A stretch of 64,000 bases of DNA, from NCBI GenBank assembly GCA_964603065.1, contig CAZRTL010000005.1, positions 4,700 to 68,699 on the forward strand, given 5' to 3'. Positions 30,015 through 38,225 of this stretch are shown in pieces. The notes under the pieces are model-generated. The model was not told the origin of the DNA. It was given only the letters and a program-made list of their open reading frames with translations, and searched no databases. The position numbers and the translations under genes were made by a program. The DNA is from Candidatus Woesearchaeota archaeon (lineage in GTDB: Archaea > Nanobdellota > Nanobdellia > SCGC-AAA011-G17 > PNOQ01). How positions within the stretch are numbered: the stretch's first letter is position 1; the number at the start of each line of letters is the position of its first letter.

Positions 30015-30923
30015 ATGTGTAATAGATGTAAAACAAAACCTGTAATAAAGCTTCCAAATAGTAATATCTCTCTCTGCAAATCATGCTTCATAAAATACTT
30101 TGAAAGAAAAGTTAGAAAAACAATAAGACAATACAAACTATTCAAAAAAGGTCAACACATCGGAGTAGCCTTATCTGGAGGAAAAGATTCTCTTACAACT
30201 TTGTACATATTAAACAAAATAACAAAACCTCAGAAAATAACAAAAATAACTGCAATCGCAATAGATGAAGGGATAAAAGGATATCGAGACGAAACTCTGA
30301 AGTTTGCAAAAAAAGTTTGTAAAGAGTTAGACATCCCACTAAAAACAACATCATATAAAAAAGAATTCGGAAAAACTCTAGATCAAATACTTAAGAAAAA
30401 CAAAATAAAGCCTTGTACAGTATGTGGAGTTTTCAGAAGATTTTTACTAAATAAACACGCTCAGAAATTAAAATTTGATATTATTGCTACTGGGCATAAT
30501 TTAGATGATGAGGCCCAATCTGTTCTAATGAACCAATTTAGAAATAATATAACTGCCTCAGCTCGTTTAGGCCCAATAACTGGAATAAAATCTGATAAAA
30601 AATTCATAAGAAGAATAAAACCTCTTTATTTTCTAACTGAAAAAGAGATTATGACTTACGCATATCTAAAAAACCTAGCAACTCCTTTCAATGAATGTCC
30701 ATACTCAAAAAATTCATATAGGGGAGAAATAAGAAACCTAATTAACAATTTTGATAAAAAATATCCCTCATCAAAACATTCAGTAATAAATTCATTTATG
30801 GAAATACTACCCTTATTAAAAGAAAATTATAAAAGTGGAGAATTAAAATATTGTAAATCTTGCGGAGAACCTTCTTCAAAAGAAATTTGCCAAACTTGTA
30901 ACTTAATAAGGGAAATTGTATAA
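30015..30923 (+). CDS. tRNA 2-thiolation PP-loop ATPase (TtuA/NcsA/Ncs6 family)
   Basis: N-terminal CxxC...CxxC zinc finger, SGGKDS PP-loop, C-terminal CKSCGEP...CQTC zinc finger. Confidence 0.8.
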   Translation: MCNRCKTKPVIKLPNSNISLCKSCFIKYFERKVRKTIRQYKLFKKGQHIGVALSGGKDSLTTLYILNKITKPQKITKITAIAIDEGIKGYRDETLKFAKKVCKELDIPLKTTSYKKEFGKTLDQILKKNKIKPCTVCGVFRRFLLNKHAQKLKFDIIATGHNLDDEAQSVLMNQFRNNITASARLGPITGIKSDKKFIRRIKPLYFLTEKEIMTYAYLKNLATPFNECPYSKNSYRGEIRNLINNFDKKYPSSKHSVINSFMEILPLLKENYKSGELKYCKSCGEPSSKEICQTCNLIREIV

Positions 30924-31214
30924 ATGGAAGTAGCACAAATATTAGGATGGATTGCAACTTTTTTATTTTCTATAATGATTATTCCACAAATGATTAAGAC
31001 AGTTAAATCAAAAGACACAAATGGTGTTAGTTTACTCCTATTCATAATATTTTTAGTCGCCAACATAATAGCCCTAACTTATGCCATTTTGATCTCACAA
31101 TCACCTTTAATAATAAAATATGGTATTGCTATTATAACAACTGTTATATACATCATATTATTTTTATTCTACTTTACAAAAAACAAGAAAAAAATCAGAT
31201 TTTACTCTCCATAA
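30924..31214 (+). CDS. 3-TM PQ-loop (SemiSWEET/MtN3-like) membrane protein
   Basis: IPQMIKTVKSKDTNGVS PQ motif; 96 aa with 3 TM; TAAATG junction with the upstream gene. Confidence 0.5.
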   Translation: MEVAQILGWIATFLFSIMIIPQMIKTVKSKDTNGVSLLLFIIFLVANIIALTYAILISQSPLIIKYGIAIITTVIYIILFLFYFTKNKKKIRFYSP

Positions 31215-31259
31215 TATTACGGAAAATTATTTATACTGAAAACAAACATAACTAAGAAA

Positions 31260-31457
31260 ATGAAAATAACAATAATAGATGAAAAAAACGATGTAAAAAA
31301 ACAATTAGAAATTTCTTCAATTAAAGAAGCAGCAGAAAAACTAAACATTAATTTAGAAGAGGTAATCATAACAAGAAACAATGAATTAGTAACTGAAGAT
31401 TCAAAACTAAAAGACAAAGATGAGTTAAAATTTCTATCCGTTATTTCTGGCGGATAA
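31260..31457 (+). CDS. ubiquitin-like sulfur carrier (MoaD/ThiS/SAMP/TtuB family) ending in Gly-Gly
   Basis: 65 aa with beta-grasp-like pattern; C-terminus ...VISGG. Confidence 0.65.
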   Translation: MKITIIDEKNDVKKQLEISSIKEAAEKLNINLEEVIITRNNELVTEDSKLKDKDELKFLSVISGG

Positions 31458-31494
31458 AAAGATTTATATAATATATCCTAGTCCTCTTTCTCAC

Positions 31495-32109
31495 ATGAGT
31501 TTAAAACAAATTTTAGTAGGAACTGGAATTATGCTTTGTTCAATTTTACCTACTTTAAGTTTTGCTCAAGAAACAATACCAAGAATATATCATGGTTTAG
31601 GGGCATATGCTAGCACAAATTCAGAGGTTACACAAGGAAACATGTCCCTAGGTTTTTGTTATTCTCCTACAGAATTGTATGGCATTAAACCTTGGGTAAA
31701 TATAGGAGTCAAAACAGAGTCAAGATTTCCTGGAAAGGCAAATACAATGATAGAAATAGGTGGAGCCCTAGAGAGAGACTTAGGAATATATGATTTAAAA
31801 TTGGGGCTGGGCGGATCATGGTCAAGTTCAGGTTCATCCAAATATGTAGCAGGACAAGAAGCAGGAGAAAGCGCAGGAATCTTAACAGAAACAGAATTAA
31901 AAGAATTAAACACATACATAGTTAAATCTTTTACAAAAGAAGAAAAAAAGAAAAAGGGTATAAAAGAATCCCACATAGATTTATATGCAGGTTTTGCCCA
32001 AAAATGGGGAGAATTCAAAACTGAATCTACGGAGGGCATAGAAAACCCAAATAAACCTTTCAAATTCAAAGACCCAGTTTTCAAGGCAGGAGTAAGAGTT
32101 TCCTTCTAA
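31495..32109 (+). CDS. secreted hypothetical protein
   Basis: Signal peptide. Confidence 0.4.
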   Translation: MSLKQILVGTGIMLCSILPTLSFAQETIPRIYHGLGAYASTNSEVTQGNMSLGFCYSPTELYGIKPWVNIGVKTESRFPGKANTMIEIGGALERDLGIYDLKLGLGGSWSSSGSSKYVAGQEAGESAGILTETELKELNTYIVKSFTKEEKKKKGIKESHIDLYAGFAQKWGEFKTESTEGIENPNKPFKFKDPVFKAGVRVSF

Positions 32110-32116
32110 ACTCAAC

Positions 32117-32233
32117 TTAACTAATTTCTAACAAACCTACGTTTCTGTTATCAATAAACTCTCCTTCTTCAAAATAATCCAAATCAAAGAACTTTGAAAC
32201 GTAAATTCGATTATATCCTCTTTTAAATTTCAT
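32117..32233 (-). CDS. unannotated mini-protein (38 aa), overlapping the upstream one by 11 nt (ATGAAATTTAA)
   Basis: Open frame with a coupled start inside the stop region of the upstream mini-ORF. Confidence 0.25.
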   Translation of the reverse strand: MKFKRGYNRIYVSKFFDLDYFEEGEFIDNRNVGLLEIS

Positions 32234-32330
32234 AATCTATCACCTCATCAATTAGCTCATGATATTTTTCCCAGTGTTGAATCCTCAACTCCTTAAATCT
32301 AAGGTCTAAAACAGTGTCAAGTTTATCCAT
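32223..32330 (-). CDS. unannotated mini-protein (35 aa, MDKLDTVLDLRFKELRIQHWEKYHELIDEVIDYEI)
   Basis: ATG preceded by GGAGGTGAT (9-nt spacer) and TTTATAAAT about 45 nt upstream. Confidence 0.35.
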   Translation of the reverse strand: MDKLDTVLDLRFKELRIQHWEKYHELIDEVIDYEI

Positions 32331-32370
32331 ACTATATCACCTCCTCAATTATACTAATTTTTTAGATTTT

Positions 32371-32380
32371 ATTTATAAAT
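32371..32380 (-). promoter_or_regulatory. TATA box (TTTATAAAT) for the mini-ORF pair
   Basis: Archaeal TATA consensus about 45 nt upstream of ATG 32330. Confidence 0.35.
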
Positions 32381-32461
32381 GCCTTATTAAACAGAAATCA
32401 GAGTTAACATACAGAAAAAAAATCCATAAACCTTAAAAATAGACCCGCATTTACCAAATCA

Positions 32462-33124
32462 ATGGTATCATTGGGATTCGCACCAGTTTGGTTTTCTTAT
32501 CAAAGTATAATCTTCGAATTAGTTTTTGCTATAATAACTTTGCTAGTGGCGTTTGCATCATTCAGAATATACCACCTATCAAAAGAAAAATCTGCGGCGT
32601 GGTTTGGATCAGGATTCTTATTATTCTCAATTTCATATTTTATACAATTAATGTTAAACATTGGAATTAAGTACAGGTTAAGTGAAAATATACAAATAAT
32701 AAGCGAAGCAAGAGAAATTATAAATCTTGGTTTAACAGCATTAAATCTTCATATGATTTTAATGATTACTGGATTAGTTATACTAACTCACATCAATTTA
32801 AAAGAAAAAAGTTTTAGAAACTTCCTATTATTATTAGCAGTTACGCTAACCCCGATCTATTTTAGTCATCACCCAATATTTCTATTTTTCACAATATCTT
32901 CAATATTATTAGGATTCATAACGTTAAGCTACTTATTTAATTATTTAGAAAAAAAGAGATTTAATACATATTTAGTATTTTCAGCATTTTTACTTTTATT
33001 CTTAAGTAATATCCATTTTATATTTTCAATACAAAACACTATATTTTATGTAATCGCTCATTTCTTTGAGTTATTTTCATACTTACTAATATTAATAAAT
33101 TTAACGATGTGTTTAAAAAGATGA
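32462..33124 (+). CDS. polytopic membrane protein, hypothetical
   Basis: 6-7 TM segments. Confidence 0.4.
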   Translation: MVSLGFAPVWFSYQSIIFELVFAIITLLVAFASFRIYHLSKEKSAAWFGSGFLLFSISYFIQLMLNIGIKYRLSENIQIISEAREIINLGLTALNLHMILMITGLVILTHINLKEKSFRNFLLLLAVTLTPIYFSHHPIFLFFTISSILLGFITLSYLFNYLEKKRFNTYLVFSAFLLLFLSNIHFIFSIQNTIFYVIAHFFELFSYLLILINLTMCLKR

Positions 33125-33396
33125 GCAAAAAAAGAGACAGACTTCGAGTCATCTTTGATATACTTGATGTCATAAGGGAAAAAGGAGAGACGATTAAACC
33201 TACCCATATATTGTATAAATCTAATCTATCTCATCAAATGATGCAGCAATATCTAAACGAATTAATTGGTAAAGGTTTCTTAATAGAAAAAGTAGCTGAA
33301 AAAGGAAAAACTTATTCTCTAACTGAAAAAGGTTTTAACTATTTAAAAGAGTATAATAAAATAACAACATTCGTAGAATCTTTTGGGTTGGGTTAG
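33109..33396 (+). CDS. small winged-helix DNA-binding protein
   Basis: About 95 aa; basic N-terminus and a wHTH-like pattern. Confidence 0.35.
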   Translation: MFKKMSKKRDRLRVIFDILDVIREKGETIKPTHILYKSNLSHQMMQQYLNELIGKGFLIEKVAEKGKTYSLTEKGFNYLKEYNKITTFVESFGLG

Positions 33397-33542
33397 ATTA
33401 TGTTTCACCTTAACTTTTATTTAGTAATATTTTTATACAAACATTTAGCTAAACAGGCGTTATATCTAATAATTTTTAGAGTCTAAATACGAAGGAGGCT
33501 GAATTACAAACTTTTATATAAACTCAATTTTTTACTAATATT

Positions 33543-34133
33543 ATGAAGTTGATAATAGTTAGACATGGAGAAACTTTTGAAAATCTAAATAAAATTTCAC
33601 AAGGACATTTAAATTCTCAATTAACCCCAAAGGGAATTGAACAAGCAAAAAAAGTTTCTCAAATATTAAAAGACGAGAAAATTGTTATTGCCTTTTCAAG
33701 TGATTTAGATAGGGCATTAAATACTTGTAATGAAATTTTAAAATTCCACACAGACACAAAATTGGTCAAAACTTCTATTTTACGAGAACAAGCAAAAGGA
33801 ATATTTGAAGGCAAAACAAGAGAGGAAAGAAACAAAATATTAGCAAACGATAATACTCCTTTTCATGAATGGCATCCTGAAGGAGGAGAAAGACTAATTG
33901 ATGTTTGGGATAAAGTTATTCCTTTTCTTGAGAAAATAAAAAAAGACCATTCTAATGAAACTGCTTTGCTTGTAAGCCATGGCGGACCAATTTCATGTAT
34001 TTTGGCTTATCTGCATGATAAAAATATTGAAAATTTCAGAGATTATCTTCCTGAAAATACGGCAATATCAATTGTAAATATCAAGGACAAAAAAATTGAG
34101 TTTCATACTTTAAATTGTGCACAACATTTGTAG
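33543..34133 (+). CDS. histidine phosphatase (phosphoglycerate mutase-like) family protein
   Basis: LIIVRHGETFEN catalytic RHG motif. Confidence 0.75.
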   Translation: MKLIIVRHGETFENLNKISQGHLNSQLTPKGIEQAKKVSQILKDEKIVIAFSSDLDRALNTCNEILKFHTDTKLVKTSILREQAKGIFEGKTREERNKILANDNTPFHEWHPEGGERLIDVWDKVIPFLEKIKKDHSNETALLVSHGGPISCILAYLHDKNIENFRDYLPENTAISIVNIKDKKIEFHTLNCAQHL

Positions 34134-34432
34134 TAATTCAACCCCTTGATTCTTATTCTTGATAGTCGCTATTCGCTCCATTGATAGAACGCTCCTAAAA
34201 ATTACTCTTCGGGTTTCGGCTTCGCCGACCGTTGCACTATACTCCTTTGTGAAACTAGTTTCAAAATAACCCTTTTAAGGTGTTTCAACTTACAAATAAA
34301 TATGGAAATAAGTTTCAAAAACTTTTTAAAGAGTAAAACGAAGATAAGTAAAACTAATTCTCGTAACCACTTATCCAAATTTAACACTAGGCAGGATAAT
34401 GTCACGAGAAATCATATTGAAACGGAGGTAAT

Positions 34433-35086
34433 ATGAATATGAAAAACAAAGGTTTAAAGATTACAATTGGAGTTTTAGCAGTAGTACTAGTCATTAGCAT
34501 TTTCGCTAATTTTGGAAACACTAGCAATGGGACAGCAAATGCAGTAAAACCGACAGGAACATCTAGAGTAGAGGTGTCAGTAGATGATGATACAATAAAA
34601 GGAAATCCAAATGCACCTGTTACAATAGTAGAATTTTCTGACTTCCAATGTTCATTCTGTGCTAGATTTTACGAGCAAACTCTACTACAATTACGACAAC
34701 AATACATTGATACTGGAAAAGTAAAATTCGTATACAGAGATTTCCCATTAGGTAATCATGAATATGCACAAAAAGCAGCAGAAGCAACAGAGTGTGCAGA
34801 TGATCAAGGAAAATTCTGGGAAATGCATGACTTGTTATTCGAAACAGGTTTATTAGCACCAAGTGACTTAAAACAACATGCAGTTACTTTAGGACTAGAT
34901 ACAACAGAGTTTAACGAATGTTTAGATTCTGGAAAATATACTGGTGAAGTGCAAAAAGATCTAAAAGATGGACAAGCTGCTGGAGTACAAGGAACACCGA
35001 GTTTCTTCATTAATGGAGTATTATTAAGAGGAGCACAACCGTTCAGCGCATTTCAACAAGTAATAGAAGCAGAATTAGCTTCTTAA
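34433..35086 (+). CDS. DsbA-like thiol:disulfide oxidoreductase, membrane-anchored
   Basis: EFSDFQCSFCARF thioredoxin-fold CxxC; N-terminal TM. Confidence 0.75.
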   Translation: MNMKNKGLKITIGVLAVVLVISIFANFGNTSNGTANAVKPTGTSRVEVSVDDDTIKGNPNAPVTIVEFSDFQCSFCARFYEQTLLQLRQQYIDTGKVKFVYRDFPLGNHEYAQKAAEATECADDQGKFWEMHDLLFETGLLAPSDLKQHAVTLGLDTTEFNECLDSGKYTGEVQKDLKDGQAAGVQGTPSFFINGVLLRGAQPFSAFQQVIEAELAS

Positions 35087-35091
35087 TTTTT

Positions 35092-35841
35092 TTATTTTTT
35101 TCCACACCTATCTTCAAACTTCTTTCCAGCTAAATAATCATATTCACCATTGCACGTTTTACAATTTTTCTTCTTATCAACTTTAATTTTATCGAAATTA
35201 TTCTTATCCAATCTAACATAAACTAAATCTTCTTCTGATTTCTTACCAATTAATAACTTCAAGGCCTCATTGACCTGTAAACTTGAAACTAGCGAGCTAA
35301 TACCATTCAATACTCCAAGAGTTTCACAAGAATCAATACTTTTCAAACCTGAAAAAATACAACCATAACAAGCTTTCTTGGGAGAATAAACATAAACATA
35401 ACCTTTATTTTGAATAGCAGAAGCAAATACACAATTTATTTTGTTTTTAACACAAAAATCATTAAGTAAAAATCTCGTTTGCATATTATCTGTGCAATCT
35501 AAAACTAAATCAACTTTATTTATTTTCTTAATATTCTCCGAACTCAAACTTTCATTATATTCTTTAATAGAAACTTTTGGATTAACTTCCTTTAAATATT
35601 TCTTAGCAACTTTAACTTTTGATTCATGAATATCACTAAATTTAAACAAATGCTGCCTCTGTAAATTAGAAGATTCAATAAAATCATGATCAAATAATAT
35701 TAGTTTTTTAACTCCACTTCTAACTAACAATTCACTTGTCAAACTACCCAAGGCCCCAACTCCAATTACAGCTACTTTTGACTTTTCTAACTTTTTTTGG
35801 GCTTTCTTTCCAATAACTAACTCTTGTCTTGAATAATCCAT
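35092..35841 (-). CDS. E1-like ThiF/MoeB/UbaA activating enzyme
   Basis: VAVIGVGALGS nucleotide-binding loop; CYGC and CKTC zinc-site cysteines. Confidence 0.8.
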   Translation of the reverse strand: MDYSRQELVIGKKAQKKLEKSKVAVIGVGALGSLTSELLVRSGVKKLILFDHDFIESSNLQRQHLFKFSDIHESKVKVAKKYLKEVNPKVSIKEYNESLSSENIKKINKVDLVLDCTDNMQTRFLLNDFCVKNKINCVFASAIQNKGYVYVYSPKKACYGCIFSGLKSIDSCETLGVLNGISSLVSSLQVNEALKLLIGKKSEEDLVYVRLDKNNFDKIKVDKKKNCKTCNGEYDYLAGKKFEDRCGKK

Positions 35842-35892
35842 AAAAATAAAACAAAAAAAACCTTTTTAAAGCCTCCTAAAAGCTAAAATTTC

Positions 35893-37206
35893 ATGGTAGA
35901 GCTATTATCTCCAGTAGGAGATTTCGAAACATTGCAAGCAGCAATAAAATCCGGAGCCAATGCAGTTTACTTTGGAATAAAAGGGATCAATATGCGATCT
36001 GGCTCAGCTAGAAACTTCAGTAAAGAAGAATTAAAAGAAGTAATGGAAACTCTCCACAAAAATAAGGTAAAGGGATATTTAACACTTAATACAATAATTT
36101 ATGATCATGAGCTAGAAAGAGTAAAAGATATTTTAAAAGAAGTAAAAAACTCAAAAGTTGACGCAGTAATTGCAACAGATATGGCAGTAATACAATTATG
36201 CAATGAAAAAAATATAGAAGTACACATGTCAACTCAATTATCAACTTCAAATTACGAAGCAGTAAAATTCTTTTCAAAATTCTCGCCCAGAATGGTTCTA
36301 GCAAGAGAATGTAGCTTAGAACAAATAAAATCAATAAAAGAAAAAATAGAAAAAAACAATCTAAATTTTAATGGAAGAAAAATAGAACTAGAAACATTTA
36401 TTCATGGAGCCTTATGTGTATCTTATTCTGGAAGATGTTTTATGTCTCAATTTCAAAATAGATTATCCGCAAATCGTGGTCAGTGTCTACAAGAATGTAG
36501 AAGACAATATAAATTAACGGATTTGGAAAACCCCAAAAAAGAACTAATTTTAGATGGAAACTATGTATTATCTCCGAAAGATTTGTGTACCCTGCCCATA
36601 TTAGACAAATTAGTAGAAGCTAAAATAGATGTTTTCAAAATAGAGGGGCGTGCAAAGGGGGCAGATTATATTTATACTGTAACAAAAGCATATAGAGAAG
36701 CACTAGATTTAATCGAAAAAAATAAATTTACAGACAAAGAAAAACTAAAACTACTAAAAGAACTAGAAAAAGTTTTCAACAGAGGGTTCACAACCAATTT
36801 CTTTTTAGGAGCCCCAACAAACAATTCTTGGACAAAATTTTATGGTTCAATTTCAAAAGAAAAAAAGAAACAAATAGGAAAAGTAACTGAATACTATCCA
36901 AAATTAAAAGTTGTAGCAATAAAAATAGAACAAGATGAACTGAACGAAAACGATGAAATTTGTTTTATAGGAAAATCAGTCGGATTTTATAAAACTAAAG
37001 TTAAAAAAATGAGATTAGAAGATAAGGAAATAAAAAAAGCTAAAAAGGGAGATGAAATTTCTTTTAAAGTTGAAGAAAAACTGAAACCTGATGATCAAGT
37101 ATATTTAATAAAGAAAATAAAACTTACTAAAGAAGAAAAAAATTTATACAAAAAATTTGGAGAGATAACAATTTACAAACCATTCAAGCAAACAAAACGC
37201 ATATAA
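35893..37206 (+). CDS. peptidase U32 family protein
   Basis: VELLSPVGDFETLQAAIKSGANAVYFG N-terminal U32 signature; 437 aa. Confidence 0.8.
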   Translation: MVELLSPVGDFETLQAAIKSGANAVYFGIKGINMRSGSARNFSKEELKEVMETLHKNKVKGYLTLNTIIYDHELERVKDILKEVKNSKVDAVIATDMAVIQLCNEKNIEVHMSTQLSTSNYEAVKFFSKFSPRMVLARECSLEQIKSIKEKIEKNNLNFNGRKIELETFIHGALCVSYSGRCFMSQFQNRLSANRGQCLQECRRQYKLTDLENPKKELILDGNYVLSPKDLCTLPILDKLVEAKIDVFKIEGRAKGADYIYTVTKAYREALDLIEKNKFTDKEKLKLLKELEKVFNRGFTTNFFLGAPTNNSWTKFYGSISKEKKKQIGKVTEYYPKLKVVAIKIEQDELNENDEICFIGKSVGFYKTKVKKMRLEDKEIKKAKKGDEISFKVEEKLKPDDQVYLIKKIKLTKEEKNLYKKFGEITIYKPFKQTKRI

Positions 37207-37229
37207 GTTTTCCCCCTTTCTCCAAAATC

Positions 37230-38084
37230 ATGGAAAAACCCGATATATACTTTGTGATAACACCAAATTGCAATTATTCTTGTAAACATTGTTATATAAC
37301 TGCAGGTCCAAAAAGAAAGTCCGAAACAATTTCCGAAAAAGATTTTAGACAATCGGTAAGACACTTACCTAAAATCGCTCTAAATTTTGGTATGTCTGGA
37401 GGAGAAATTTTTACTATCAAAGATACATTATATAGTTTTTTAGATTATTTAAATTTTGAAAATCGGAGAAGAGAACGAAAGGGGCAAGGCCAGATAGATA
37501 TATGGCTTCAAACAAATGGTTTCTGGGGAACTAACGAAGATCGAACAAATAAGATCTTGGAAGAATTAGCTTCTTTTAATGTTATGGATTTAAACTTTGC
37601 TGCCGACGATAAATATCACCGAGATCAAGGTGCAAATAAAAAAAAGATAGAGAAATTAATAAATATAGCAAAAGAAAGTAGACTTTTCGATGAGATATCT
37701 TTCATAGGAACAGAAAGGAGAGAACATATAGTTCCAATGGGTAGAGCAAAAGAAATGAATCTTAGATTATCTGAAATAAGAGCAAATCCCGAATTTGTTT
37801 GCAACGAGGCTCTAGATAAATATGATTTATCAATAATGTACAATGGAGATGTGAGAATATGTTGTATGCTACAACTACCTTCCATGGGAAATATCATTAA
37901 AGAACCTTTAGTGGATATAGTTAGAAGAGCAAAAAAAGATCCCTTATTTTCATTAATGAACAGAGAAGGAATAGAAGGGCTTCTAAAAAGGGACGGAATG
38001 AAAAAGAAAGATATTAGAGAATTGGTGGATAAACAAGGTACTTGTGGAGCTTGCTTTAAAGTTTATAGAAAAGAGATTGAATGA
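37230..38084 (+). CDS. radical SAM protein with a Cys-rich C-terminal (SPASM/twitch-like) region
   Basis: CNYSCKHC (Cx3Cx2C) plus C-terminal VCNEA...CCML...CGAC. Confidence 0.75.
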   Translation: MEKPDIYFVITPNCNYSCKHCYITAGPKRKSETISEKDFRQSVRHLPKIALNFGMSGGEIFTIKDTLYSFLDYLNFENRRRERKGQGQIDIWLQTNGFWGTNEDRTNKILEELASFNVMDLNFAADDKYHRDQGANKKKIEKLINIAKESRLFDEISFIGTERREHIVPMGRAKEMNLRLSEIRANPEFVCNEALDKYDLSIMYNGDVRICCMLQLPSMGNIIKEPLVDIVRRAKKDPLFSLMNREGIEGLLKRDGMKKKDIRELVDKQGTCGACFKVYRKEIE

Positions 38085-38155
38085 GCCTGGCCGGATTCGA
38101 ACCGGCGACCTCTGCCTTGTAAGGGCAACGCTCCACCAGGCTAAGCTACAGGCTC
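38082..38155 (-). tRNA. tRNA-Val (anticodon TAC)
   Basis: Cloverleaf folded by hand: acceptor GAGCCUG/CAGGCUC; D arm GCUU/GAGC; anticodon stem UUGCC/GGCAG with loop CUUACAA; T arm GCCGG-UUCGAAU-CCGGC; discriminator A; no encoded CCA. Confidence 0.85.
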
Positions 38156-38225
38156 ATAGAAAAAAGACTTAATTTTAATTTTAAAAACCTTTCTATTTCA
38201 AAATTAAAAAGAAAAAATATGGAGA

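Noticed and set aside
34254-34320. Three GTTTCAA copies spaced about 27 nt apart that looked superficially like a mini CRISPR array.
   Set aside because: The shared unit is only 7 nt, there is no extended repeat identity, no cas genes and no leader; treated instead as part of a possible regulatory or sRNA region.
34202-34405. 67-aa minus-strand ORF in the non-coding island.
   Set aside because: No SD or TATA; the sequence immediately upstream is the reverse complement of the dsbA-like SD; hydrophobic low-complexity translation.
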